This document shows positions 12,108 to 24,085 of a stretch of DNA of 64,000 bases, in pieces. Position 1 is the first letter of the stretch, and each line of letters begins with the position of its first letter. Origin of the DNA: Macrostomum hystrix (Eukaryota; Animalia; Platyhelminthes); contig CATNEN010000008.1 in NCBI GenBank assembly GCA_950097015.1, positions 620,001 through 684,000 on the forward strand, in the 5' to 3' direction. A program made the translations under genes and the position numbers. The notes under the pieces are model-generated. The model made no database searches. It saw only the letters and a program-made list of their open reading frames with translations, and was not told the DNA's origin.

Positions 12108-12845
12108 ATGCGCTTCGAAGGCAAACGGTTTCTCGTCACCGGCTGCAACCGGGGCATCGGCCGCGAGCTCGCAGTCTCCCTGGCAATGCAGGGCGCCGAA
12201 GTAGTCGCTCTTTGCCGGTCCGGACTGTCGGATCTGCAGGCGGCTTGCCCGGACGAGGCGGCTCGCTCCCGCTTGAGTCCGGTGCTGTGCGACCTCTCCG
12301 ACTGGGCGGCCACGCGCAGCCTAGTGCTGAGCCTTGGCCAATTCCACGGTCTGGTCAATAACGCCGGAGTGGCCAAGCTGGAGCCGGTAGGCAGCGTTAC
12401 GGAGACGGCCCTGTTGGAACAGTTTCGAGTCAATCTGTTCGCAGCCATCAATGTCAGCCAGGCGGCCGCTGAAGCCATGCATCGCGGAGCTAGCATTGTG
12501 AACGTCTCTTCCCAGACCAGCTTCGTGACGCTGCCGGGTCACACGGCCTACGCGGCGACGAAGGCTGCGCTGGACTCGGTGACTCGCAGCCTGGCCGCTG
12601 AGCTGGGGCCGCGTGGAATTCGGTCCAATTCGGTCAATCCGGGCGTGGTGATGACCGACATGAGCCGGGCGAACTGGTCGGATGAGCGAGTGTCTCGGCC
12701 GATGCTAGCCAGAGCGCCACTGGGTCGATTCGCTGAGGTCTCGGAAGTTATTTCAGTTGTGGAGTTTCTGCTGAGCGATCAGGCCGCGATGGTCAACGGA
12801 ACGGCTTTGCCAGTTGAAGGCGGTGTGGCTATCAATCAGCTTTAA
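12108..12845 (+). CDS. DCXR: Short-chain dehydrogenase/reductase, L-xylulose reductase (DCXR)-like, single coding exon, 245 aa
   Basis: TGxxxGIG Rossmann motif, LVNNAG, catalytic YAATK, and DCXR-type C-terminus NSVNPGVVMTDM...WSD...PLGRFAEV...FLLSD...LPVEGG. Confidence 0.85.
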   Translation: MRFEGKRFLVTGCNRGIGRELAVSLAMQGAEVVALCRSGLSDLQAACPDEAARSRLSPVLCDLSDWAATRSLVLSLGQFHGLVNNAGVAKLEPVGSVTETALLEQFRVNLFAAINVSQAAAEAMHRGASIVNVSSQTSFVTLPGHTAYAATKAALDSVTRSLAAELGPRGIRSNSVNPGVVMTDMSRANWSDERVSRPMLARAPLGRFAEVSEVISVVEFLLSDQAAMVNGTALPVEGGVAINQL

Positions 12846-13480
12846 CTATCGCAATTGTTATTGATTTTTTTATAAATCTTACGTTAGGTTTCTATTGTTA
12901 ATCGCTAGATTGTTGCCATAGCAATAGAAACAACCGTAACTTTAGTTGCTTATATCGTGGCTAGAGCTTCAATTGGAATCTTAGCAGGAATCGTACCCGG
13001 AATCGTAGCACGTTGAGGGAATCGTATAGCTGGAATCGTAGCTAGAATCGTAACTAATTATTGTAGCTAAGATATTAACAAGAATCGTAGCTGTTGTTGT
13101 GATTAAAATCGTAGTACTTGTTAATTAAAAAGGAATCGCAGCTAAAAATGTCGCACGGGTACTTTATAGTCTGAATCGTAACAAATTGATTGATTAACAG
13201 TCCATTTTTCTGCAAAATAAACATGTTATATTTTATACATTAACAGTGAGACTACCCAGCCATTTGCCGCCCATTTTTATGCCAAGGGAAATCCCCCCTG
13301 ACAACAGCGCCTGGATGCTAATAGCTTTAGTTGGTGACTGATTGGTCGGCAGACTAGGCGATGGCGATGGTGCTGTGGTTGAGCTGCGCCTTATATTTAC
13401 GCTGGATCCGTGAAATAAGAGAAATTCGCGTCAGGGTGTCCATTGTGACCTATTTCCACCTCCGTCTAGATCCAATTTAT

Positions 13481-13872
13481 ATGATCGGCAAACTTTTTTG
13501 AGAGATGAGACACGGGAGAGATGAGACACGGGAGAGATGAGACACGGGAGAGATGAGACAAGGGAGAGATGAGACACGGGAGAGATGAGACAAGGGAGAG
13601 ATGAGACAGGGGAGGGAGACAGGGGAGAGACTAGACACAGGAGAGACTAGACACAGGAATGTTGAGACACGGGAGAGAGGACACAGGGGAGAGATGAGAC
13701 TCGTGAGAGACTAGACACGGGAGAGATGAGACACAGGAGAGTTGAGATCAAAGAGAGATACGACAGGGGAAAGATTAAACAGGATTCTATAGGTGTCTGA
13801 AGAGTCAATGGGCCGGATTTGGAAGCTTTGAGGGCCGCATCTGGCCCGCGGGCCGGAGTTTGCCGACCCCTG
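13481..13872 (+). mobile_element. hAT-type MITE copy 1 (left TIR degenerate) with internal GAGAGATGAGACACGG minisatellite
   Basis: The right end GGCCCGCGGGCCGGAGTTTGCCGACCCCTG is homologous to copies at 17932 and 19180. The left end retains TCGGCAAACTT. No clean TSD. Confidence 0.7.
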
Positions 13873-15116
13873 GCCGACTCAAGATAAAGGTAGGTGACCC
13901 CCAAAGACGGAGATGATGCAGGCACATTCGGGTGAGATGCTGATAAATTATGAAGGCCTGGCAAGGCCGCACTGAGGCGCAGTGCTGAATTGTGCATAAG
14001 GGGTGTATGTAATACACTAGCGCTTATAGGAAACATCTGACCTTCGGCCAGAAACATTGAAAATCTCGACGGTCTGGAGAGCTGGCGACTTGATTATTGT
14101 TTCAGAACTGTTTCAGAATTGTCAAATTGTTTCAGAAGATGCACAAGAAAAAGTTGGCCCCGTGTTCTTGAGTTTCGAGTGCTTGCGTTGCTAAGTTCGG
14201 GTGCAGCACAAAAAATTGTCAAGTCCCCCCTTGGTAGATCTACTGTTAATTACATTTATCTTTAATCATTTTGAGACACGTGATTTCCAGTCAGAGGCAT
14301 GATACAAGCAAACAATATTTGTAAAATTCCTCTTGGTTTAAGTTGCCTAACACCAGTTGTTGTAATGAAACTAGAATATAATTAAGTCCCATCTATAATG
14401 GTAAATGAACATTTGTATACTTCATGTGCGAAATGCGCGTCTATGCGTTTCCTAGGAGACACGTTGAAAATCTTCATGCACTGAATATTAATAACAAAAT
14501 ATAAACAAGAGGATTACAAAACTTGTACGCTCGTAAAATATTTTCAGAAAAAAATGATAGCAAGCCTAAATTTGATCAGCAAGTTACGTACTATGTACGC
14601 TCGTATGGTACATAATACATAACACCTTAGTACGAAATACTAAGTCTTTAACGATGCCTTTTCCGTGTGCTCTAAGATTTCTCGTAATGTTTTATTTGTG
14701 CCATAAGAAGACATCCTAAATTGTTATACTACTACTGACATAAAGTAGTCGTATAACAAGCCCTAAGCAGAGAAGGATGCAGACAAAGGAAATAAATAAA
14801 GATCAACTCATAGATCAGGTCATAAATTCATGGGAGAAGGAGATCGCATTGCTTCAAGAGTGTCAGTTTGTAGCGATATGTGAAATCGAGTGCATCCTTA
14901 GCATGGCTACAATAAATATGCAGCAATTTTGGTTTCAAATACGCTCTGTGCGAGAAAGCTTTCTATAGCGAATCAATTTAGCGATAATGTTGTCTCGATT
15001 AAGTACGTGTGTACTGGATTCAGAGAAATACTGTGCCCTGGATTCAAATGAATCGCAGGTGAAATATATGCTTTGTCACTACTCAGGTTTAAAGCGGTTT
15101 AACATTTTGCTCAAAG

Positions 15117-15190
15117 TGTGTGCCTGCTTACCGTATCTGTGCGCGTGTTGCTCAGGAGTCAGCGAAATGGGCAGAATTGCCTCCTCCTCC
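15117..15190 (+). mobile_element. 3' fragment of the tRNA-derived SINE family
   Basis: TGTGCCTGC...GCTCAGGAGTCAGCGAAATGGGCAGAATTGCCTCCTC matches copies at 35.4, 43.5, 56.8 and 57.8 kb. Confidence 0.75.
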
Positions 15191-15291
15191 TCCGTACAGT
15201 TTAGTAAGTAGAGCAATAGAGCTTCACAAGAATCGCTACAAAGGATCTGTAGGGATATAAGTACGTATAGCTGGATGGGATACTGAGCCAT

Positions 15292-18200
15292 CTACAGGCT
15301 TATCTTGGCCACGCCAACCGATGCCGTCGTCGTCCCATCGTCTTTGTCGGCACTGGCGGCTCCAGTGGTGACGGCCAGCCCAGCTCGCCGACTCATCTCC
15401 TCCATTGAGTAGGTGCTGGTCAGCTGGTTGTAGAGCTCATCCACTGCCACCTCAGGATCGCTGCCAGTGTCGCCGTCGCGACTATCGCTGGAGTCGCGCC
15501 TATCAAATGAGTGATTCGGCTCCGACTTAGTCGTCGAGAAGGCCACGGCGTTAGCGACGGCTGCTGCTGCCACAGTTTTATCTGCTTTTAAAGCCCCACG
15601 ACTAGCTGCCGCCGACACTGCTGATGCTGCTGTTGACGTCGTCGTCGCCACCACCGGGGGAACAACGCGCAACGGTGGCAGCTCGGCGGCCAGCGGGGTC
15701 AACGAGCGACGTCTCGGCGGCGGAGGCTGCACAGGCATCGGCGAATGCTTCGGTGGGCCGATTGTCTTTCGAGACTGTATATTCGGCGAGGCCCGACTGC
15801 TTCCGCGATCCAGAGGCTTTAGGTGCTGCTGCTGCTGCTGCTGCTGCTGTGTATTGCTCAGTCGACGCCGCTTAACTAGCTTCTCGGCTGCAGTACTAAA
15901 CAAGGCCACCTCCGGAGTCGTGCAGCCCTGCGCCCTGGCCCATTGCTCAGCGTTGCGGCCGTATCTTTCGTCTGTCTTGGTCACGGACGCGTGGCCCTCA
16001 ATGGCCAGCAAGGAGGCGCTCTCGGTGAACCCGTGCTTGGCAGCGATCAGCATCGCAGTGAAGCCGTCCCGGTTGCACCGGTCGATGTCCAAGCCCAGCC
16101 GGCGGAAGCACTTGATGAGAATGCCGATGCCGGTGTCGTTGCCAACCCGGGCGCAGTGCATCAGAGGTGTGTTACCTGCATGGTGATGAGCATCTGTACT
16201 ACTTTAAGTAGCCTAAATGCTCTCCCACACGTCTGCTATAAAGAGTTTTAAAATCTTAAGCGACCTAAAGGACACCTAACATAAACTCTGCTGAATTGAT
16301 TCTACTAATTGTTCCAAATGACACCAAAAAGACTTGATGGAGCGCCAAATCTGTTCTCCTTGAGTCATTTGGTCTCTAATCTAGTCACGCAAACTGAATT
16401 TCACACCGAATCGCTTTCTAAGAAAAGAAAAAAATTAACGAGAAAGAAAAGATTGAGATGTGCAAAGAAACTGATTAATCCATGAGCATCATTGCTAGCT
16501 TTGGCTGAGAATCGCAGCTTGGAGTGCATGGGAATCGCAGATAGAAATCATAGCTGAGAATGGCTTGGAATCGCAACAAGGAATCGTAGCTTCTAGTGGC
16601 TTGGAATCGCAGCTAGGAGTGGTTTAGAATCGCAGCTGGGAGTGGCTGGGAATTGCAGGTAGGAGTGGCTGAGAATCGCAGCTGGGAGTGGCTGGGAATT
16701 GCAGGTAGGAGTGGCTGAGAATCGCAGCTAGGAGTGGCTGAGAATCGCAGCTAGGAGTGGCTGAGAATCGCAGCTAGGAGTGGCTGAGAATCGCAGCTGG
16801 GAGTGGCTGGGAATCGCAGCTGGGAGAGACTGAGATAAGCTGGGAATTGCAGGTAGGAGTGACTGAGAGAAGCTGGGAATCGCAGATAGAAGAGACTGAG
16901 ATAAGCAGGAATCGCAGGTAGGAGTGACTGAGATAAGCTGGAATCGCAGGTAGGAGTGACTGAGATAAGCTGGAATCGCAGGTAGGAGTGACTGAGATAA
17001 GCTGGAATCGCAGGTAGGAGTGACTGAGATAAGCTGGAATCGCAGGTAGGAGTGACTGAGATAAGCTGGAATCGCAGGTAGGAGTGACTGAAAATAAGCT
17101 GGAATCGCAGGTAGGAGTGACTGAGATAACTGGAATCGCAGGTAGGAGTGACTGAGATAAGCTGGAATCGCAGGTAGGAGTGACTGAGATAAGCTGGAAT
17201 CGCAGGTAGGAGTGACTGAGATAAGCTGGAATCGCAGGTAGGAGTGACTGAGATAAGCTGGAATCGCAGGTAGGAGTGACTGAGATAAGCTGGAATCGCA
17301 GGTAGGAGTGACTGAGATAAGCTGGAATCGCAGGTAGGAGTGACTGAGATAAGCTGGAATCGCAGGTAGGAGTGACTGAAATAAGCTGGAATCGCAGGTA
17401 GGAGTGACTGAGATAAGCTGGAATCGCAGGTAGGAGTGACTGAGATAAGCTGGAATCGCAGGTAGGAGTGACTGAGATAAGCTGGAATCGCAGGTAGGAG
17501 TGACTGAGATAAGCTGGAATCGCAGGTAGGAGTGACTGAGATAAGCTGGAATCGCAGGTAGGAGTGACTGAGATAAGCATGGAATCGCAGGTAGGAGTGA
17601 CTGAGATAAGCTGGAATCGCAGGTAGGAGGGACTGGATAAGCTGGAATCGCAGGTAGGAGTGACTGAGATAAGCAGGAATCGCATCTAGCACCCACCCTC
17701 CTTGTCGGGCAGTTCCGGATCAACACTGTGGCGCACAAGAAGCCGGACCACATCATTGTGTCGCATCTCGCAGGCGTAGCTGAGCGCGGTTCTGCCAGCA
17801 TCATCCTGGTAGTTAGGCTGAGCTCCGTGGGCCAGCAGCATCTGTAGGATCCGCTGACGGCATTTCTCTTCCTGGAAACGGTCCGTTGGGATCTCGATTT
17901 TTTTCAGTAGCTAATAGTTTTTCCTCTAACACAGGGGTCGGCATACTCCGGCCCGCGGGCCAGATGCGGCCCTCAAAGCTCCCAAATCCGGCCCGTTGCC
18001 CCTTCCAACACCTATAGTATCCTGTTTCATCTTTCCCCTGTCTCATCTTTCTCCCATCCGGAGAAAGAGTCGCATCTCTCCCGTGTCTCATCTCTCCCGT
18101 GTCTCATCTCTCCCGTGTCTCTCGTCTCGTCTCTCCCCTGTCTCATCTCTCCCGTGTCTCCCGTCTCGTCTCTCTCCCGTCTCATCTCTCTCCTGTCTAA

Positions 18201-20828
18201 TCTCTCTCCTGTCACATCTCTCTCCCGTCTCATCTCTCCCGTGTCCCCCGTCTCATCTCTCTCCCGTCTAATCTCTCTCCTGCCACATCTCTCTCCTATC
18301 TTATCTCTCTCCTGTCTCATCTCTCCCCTGTATCATCTCTCCTGTGTCTAATCTATCCCCTTTCTCATATTCCTACAGTTAATGCGGCCTGCTGTCGTCA
18401 TTTAGGTTGTCTCCGTGGCCCGCTCGCTAATAAGTTTGCCGACCCCTGCTCTAACACGAAAGGTTGTACGAGCAGTAGATTTTGGTTTCAAGTGTCTTGT
18501 TACTAGGCAAATAGTGACGCCACAAATCAGTGCTTTCAACACATCTGTCTGCTTCTCTGTCGACTGTGGGTGAATGATTTTGCAACAAAAAAATCTCAGG
18601 CTTTAGGATAGGATTTCAGATTATTTTCTTTTTTAAAAATACGATCTTTCAGACAGACAGACAGACTCGGAGTAAAATGATGAGTCGGTGAGATGGCTGA
18701 CGTCAATGGCCCTTCTTAAGCCAGCGAGGCGAATAAATCAGGCATGTTTAGGAATGTGTCTCATTGGATTTCTGTGCTCAAAAACTGAGGTCTGGCCTTA
18801 TTGACTGAGGCATCGAGTGGGCAGTAAGTTTGAGCAGTGCACTATAGTGGAGTGAAAGAAAATTTCACAATAATTAAACTCACCCCCATTGCAATCATCT
18901 GCCGTGCAGTCTTGTTAACTTCTAGGGCTTATTTTCGCAAATGAATTTTACCCCTTTTAGTCCCAGCGTACCAGCTGCCGAATCGGGCGGGGATTAAAGA
19001 GGCAGACTCTATCCCCTACTTTTCCCAAATCCTCATGAGTACGATCCCATCCCCAATGGAATGGTTGGGGACAAGGAAGGAGAGAAATGAGCATTTTAGG
19101 CTAAACTAAGCAGTCTCGTTTTGATTTTAAGCAAAATTTCTTAATCAATCACTTTTCTTAAACATTGGTGTCTCTATGGCGGGGTCGGCAAACTTATTAG
19201 AGAGCGGGCCACGGAGACAACCTAAATGACGACAGCAGCCGCATTAACTGTAGGAATATGAGAAAGGGAGATAGATTAGATACAGGATAGATGAGACACA
19301 AGAGAGATGAGACAGATGAGACAGGAGATAGATTAGACACACGAGAGATGAGACACAGCAGAGATGAGACAGGAGAGAGATGAGACAAGAGAGAGATAAG
19401 ACACAGGAGAGATGAGACAGGAGAGAGATGAGACAAGAGAGAGATGAGACACAGGAGAGAGATGACACAGGAGAGAAATGAGAGATGCAACTCTATCTCC
19501 GGATGCGAGAAAGAGGAGACAGGGGAAAGATGAAACAGGATACTATAGCTGTTGGAAGGGGCAACGGGCCGGATTTGGGAGCTTTAAGGGCCGCATCTGG
19601 CCCGCGGGCCGGAGTATGCCGACCCCTGCTCTAAGGCGTCTCCATGCCCCTACAAAAAGCGACCCAAAAACCATTCACTTAGCAACCTAGAGACTACTAA
19701 ATGTCAGGGAGTACTTAGTAGTTCCTGTAAACAACCCTGCCAACCCTATCCCTAGCGACCCTGCAACCCATCACTTAGCGACCCTGCAACCCATCACTTA
19801 GCGACCCTGCAACCCATCACTTAGCGACCCTGCAACCCATCACTTAGCGACCCTGCAACCCATCACTTAGCGACCCTGCAACCCATCACTTAGCGAACTT
19901 GCAACCTAAGAGCAAAAAATCGTGAGGAGAGAGAAAGGGGAGAATCAGAGGGGAGAGAAAGGGGAGAATCAGAGGGGAGAGAATGGGGAGAATCAGAGGG
20001 GAGAGAAAGGGGAGAATCAGAGGGGAGAAAGAGCAAAAATTGTGAGGAGAGAAGAGGGAGAATCGTGGGAGAGAAAGCGGGATATGGGGGGAGAAAGGGG
20101 AGGCTCAGGGGGAGAAAAGAGAGACTTAGGCATGTGGACGGGAATTCGGAGAGTGGAGGCTACTTAAATAGAGGCGTATTAAGACTATTGCGGAGAGAAT
20201 AAAACTGAGAACGAAGAGTTGAATCGAGGGCTGTAACTCCCCATTGTGATGCAAAATGAAGACTAATGGGATGCAAAATGAACCGAAAAGCGGCCAGGTT
20301 AATCAATTAGGTGAGTACAATTCGTGCCAACTTAAGCGGAGATCACTGAAGATAGGATAAATATACGGTAGAATGATTAATGAAAAGTAGCTATGGTGCT
20401 CGCATCCTTAATGCAAACAATCTAAACGGCAGTCATTCCAATAGAATTGCCAAGTATATTGAAAATCAACCTCGAATATTTTCATAGCAACCAAATCTTC
20501 ACCTAGCAACCAGGTATATTATTCCCCTGGCAACCACATATATTTAACAAATCTCGGCTCCCAACCACATATCCGCATTCCCAAACTCATTTCACAGCTA
20601 TTCCCCTTAGCAACCAAATCCGACCCTCCTCACCGTGATGTACACAGCCCTGATTAGCGGCGTTTTGCCTTTGAAGTCGCGAAAATTTGTGGCCAAACGA
20701 ACATCGCCCTCGCAGGCCTCCAGAATGAATTTCACCAGGTGACTCTTGCCACGGTTGACAGCGTCCAGTAGCGCGTTCGCGGCCGCCTCCATGCCCGGCT
20801 GATCGCGGGCAGTCTTCATTGCTAACGC

Positions 20829-20861
<33 letters not shown>

Positions 20862-20930
20862 TTGCTGCTGTTGCTGCTGCTGTTGCGAACCAGCTCTGGC
20901 CTGCTGACTCTGTGGATAGGAACGGTTCAT
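15292..20930 (-). CDS. ANKRD63: Ankyrin repeat protein, ANKRD63-like; exons 20930-20634, 17871-17697, 16175-15292
   Basis: Spliced product reads LLDAVNRGKSHLVKFILEA...GKTPLIRAVYIT/EEKCRQRILQMLLAHGAQPNYQDDAGRTALSYACEMRH...DPELPDKEG/NTPLMHCA...CFRRLGLDIDRCNRDGFTAMLIAA. FRRLGLxxDRxNRxGxTA is characteristic of ANKRD63. Junction phases 0 and 1 are consistent. Confidence 0.8.
16600..17685. repeat. 32-bp minisatellite (GCTGGAATCGCAGGTAGGAGTGACTGAGATAA) with a shorter ~23-bp precursor type at the left end, ANKRD63 intron 2
   Basis: Tandem units are directly visible and abut the donor at 17696. Confidence 0.93.
17932..18448 (-). mobile_element. hAT (Charlie-like) MITE copy 2, 517 bp
   Basis: TIRs CAGGGGTCGGCA[T/A]AC and a perfect 8-bp TSD CTCTAACA (17924-17931 and 18449-18456). 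Internal TCTCATCTCTCCCGTG repeats. Confidence 0.9.
19180..19628 (+). mobile_element. hAT MITE copy 3, ~449 bp, inverted relative to copy 2
   Basis: TIRs C(A)GGGGTCGGCAAAC ... GTATGCCGACCCCTG. TSD CTCTATGG / CTCTAAGG has one mismatch. Confidence 0.85.
19745..20035. repeat. Two short adjacent minisatellites: 23-bp (GCGACCCTGCAACCCATCACTTA) and ~24-bp (GGGGAGAATCAGAGGGGAGAGAAA)
   Basis: About 6 and 4 tandem copies in ANKRD63 intron 1. Confidence 0.85.
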
Positions 20931-23529
20931 GAATGAGCTAAACTCCTTTTTAGCCAAGAAATGAAAGATGAAACCTCGGGCGCAATCGATCGAAAATCTT
21001 CAGCCCTCATCGAATTTTATCTAGACCCTGCTACAAGAGCCCCGTGTCCAATGTCCATCCAGATAAACTGCAGCCAATCACAGAATAGCTAGGCCTGCTC
21101 ACAGACACGGAAATTCTTTACCTATAGCTGTTGGCAACTAACTGCTAAAAATCATAGGTAAGAACGCATCCATTATCTCTCTTTCTCCATCTTTAGAAGC
21201 TCATATTATAAAAAAAGTTAATCCTCATCTTGAAAGCGAATTTCCTTGATAAAGTTTTCTCTGACCAATTTGCAGTATGCTTGCTGGAGGAATTCGCAAT
21301 TGAAAATTGTTCTCTTAATTGGCAATTAACTTTGAGTGCTAGTAGAAGAGTCCAATCGGTTGAACAAAAAAAGAAAAAATATTTTTAACGACATTCGTTA
21401 AAACCTTTTGAGCTTAATCACTGTACAATAATTGCAAGTAGATTTTATCTAACCATACGTTGAATATTTGCTTTGACTTAATAGTACATACTACTGTTAC
21501 TTCTTCCATGATAGTATACTTCTAGCACTAATATTACTATTCGAGAAGGGACCAGTCTCAGAAATCTAGAATGAGATCAAGGACCAGTCACAGAATCCAG
21601 AATGAGATGAAGGACCAGTCACAGAAATCTAGAATGAGATGAAGGACCAGTCTCAGAATCCAGAATGAGATGAAGGACCAGTCACAGAAATCTAGAATGA
21701 GATGAAGGACCAGTCACAGAAATCTAGAATGAGATGAAGGACCAGTCACAGAAATCTAGAATGAGATGAAGGACCAGTCACAGAAATCTAGAATGAGATG
21801 AAGGACCAGTCACAGAAATCTAGAATGAGATCAAGGACCAGTCTCAGAATCCAGAATGAGATGAAGGACCAGTCACAGAAATCTAGAATGAGATGAAGGA
21901 CCAGTCACAGAAATCTAGAATGAGATGAAGGACCAGTCACAGAAATCTAAAATGAGATCAAGGACCAGTCACAGAATCCAGAATGAGATGAAGGACCAGT
22001 CACAGAATCCAGAATGAGATGAAGGACCAGTCACAGAAATCTAGAATGAGATGAAGGACCAGTCACAGAAATCTAAAATGAGATCAAGGACCAGTCACAG
22101 AATCCAGAATGAGATGAAGGACCAGTCACAGAAATCTAAAATGAGATGAAGGTCCAGTCTCAGAATCCAGAATGAGATGAAGGTCCAGTCACAGAAATCT
22201 AAAATGAGATGAAGGTCCAGTCTCAGAATCCAGAATGAGATGAAGGACCAGTCTCAGAAATCTAGAATGAGATGAAGGACCAGTCTCAGAATCCAGAATG
22301 AGATCAAGGACCAGTCACAGAAATCTAGAATGAGATGAAGGACCAGTCTCAGAATCCAGAATGAGATCAAGGACCAGTCACAGAATCCAGAATGAGATGA
22401 AGGACCAGTCACAGAATCCAGAATGAGATGAAGGACCAGTCTCAGAATCCAGAATGAGATCAAGGACCAGTCACAGAATCCAGAATGAGATGAAGGACCA
22501 GTCTCAGAATCCAGAATGAGATGAAGGACCAGTCTCAGAATCCAGAATGAGATGAAGGACCAGTCTCAGAATCCAGAATGAGATCAAGGACCAGTCACAG
22601 AATCCAGAATGAGATCAAGGACCAGTCTCAGAATCCAGAATGAGATCAAGGACCAGTCACAGAATCCAGAATGAGATCAAGGACCAGTCTCAGAATCCAG
22701 AATGAGATCAAGGACCAGTCACAGAATCCAGAATGAGATGAAGGACCAGTCTCAGAATCCAGAATGAGATGAAGGACCAGTCTCAGAATCCAGAATGAGA
22801 TGAAGGACCAGTCTCAGAATCCAGAATGAGATCAAGGACCAGTCACAGAATCCAGAATGAGATGAAGGACCAGTCTCAGAATCCAGAATGAGATGAAGGA
22901 CCAGTCACAGAATCCAGAATGAGATGAAGGACCAGTCACAGAATCCAGAATGAGATGAAGGACCAGTCACAGAATCCAGAATGAGATGAAGGACCAGTCA
23001 CAGAATCCAGAATGAGATGAAGGACCAGTCACAGAATCCAGAATGAGATGAAGGACCAGTCTCAGAATCCAGAATGAGATCAAGGACCAGTCACAGAAAT
23101 CTAGAATGAGATGAAGGACCAGTCTCAGAATCCAGAATGAGATCAAGGACCAGTCACAGAATCCAGAATGAGATCAAGGACCAGTCTCAGAATCCAGAAT
23201 GAGATGAAGGACCAGTCTCAGAATCCAGAATGAGATGAAGGACCAGTCTCAGAATCTAGAATGAGATTGTCGTGTCGTGGCTGGCTAGCCAAACTTGAGC
23301 CGCAAATGGGCGAGAGGTTGTTATTTATTATAGTTGGCATTGCACATAGATGTACATGCAGATAAGAGTAAAGCATCAGCTAATAGATTAGACGGTTAGG
23401 CATAAGCGTACATTGACAGACAGAGCTGGCGGGGAGAGAGCAAGCAGTCCTAAACTCAGCGCCAATAACAATTGGGGTGCAGCCCCACACTGCGCACTTT
23501 AAGTCAAGTCACGATACAACATCCCCTCA

Positions 23530-24085
23530 TCACCAACGAGGAGACAGTCGGTCTGGGGCGACTCCCTTGGTCGACCTGCAGCTTCGTCGGGGCTCCGGTG
23601 TAGCTTCAGCGGTCTGCTGCGGTGGTGCCGCTGCGTCTGGCCGCTGGCTATCAGGTTCCGGGTTCCGGCCGCCTTCGTCAGGGTTCCGGCCGCCGTCGTC
23701 AGGGCTCCGACCGGCATCGTCAGGATCCCGGCCGCCGTCGTCAGTGTTGTCCGTAACTTCCGCCCGGCTTGGACTCGGACACAAACGCAGCTGATCCCGG
23801 TGTGCCAGCACCGGCCTGTCGTCCTTGTCCCGGGTGACCACGGCCGTGTTGTGGCCGGCCTGTACCACAAAGCGGACGGTCTCAGCCGGCATCCCCGGTC
23901 GCGACTGGTAGACGAGCGGCGCATCGGTGTCGAATTGGAGGGTCAGCGGACTTCGCAGCTGTCGCCCCATAAGCGCAGACGGACTGCCACGCCCGTCGCC
24001 CCGCGGAGTGGCCCGGTAGTTAAGCAGCAGCTTGGCGAGGTACGCGTCGAACCTGCCCTGGTGCACGGCGAAGGCCCGCAGCCCC
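23530..24085 (-). CDS. Integrase C-terminal segment after a further frameshift
   Basis: LLLNYRATP...SPSALMGRQLRSPL...RRSCRSTKGVAPDRL. Stop at 23530, 8 nt before the 3' LTR. Confidence 0.8.

Noticed and set aside
12108-12845. Horizontally acquired bacterial SDR (intronless, GC-rich)
   Set aside because: The C-terminal motifs match animal DCXR, other host exons are equally GC-rich, and RPL13 and RPL36 also have intron-free CDS.
18660-18795. C/D-box snoRNA (ATGATGA ... CTGA) in ANKRD63 intron 1
   Set aside because: The terminal stem is not adjacent to the boxes and I could not recognise an rRNA antisense element. Chance motifs are likely.
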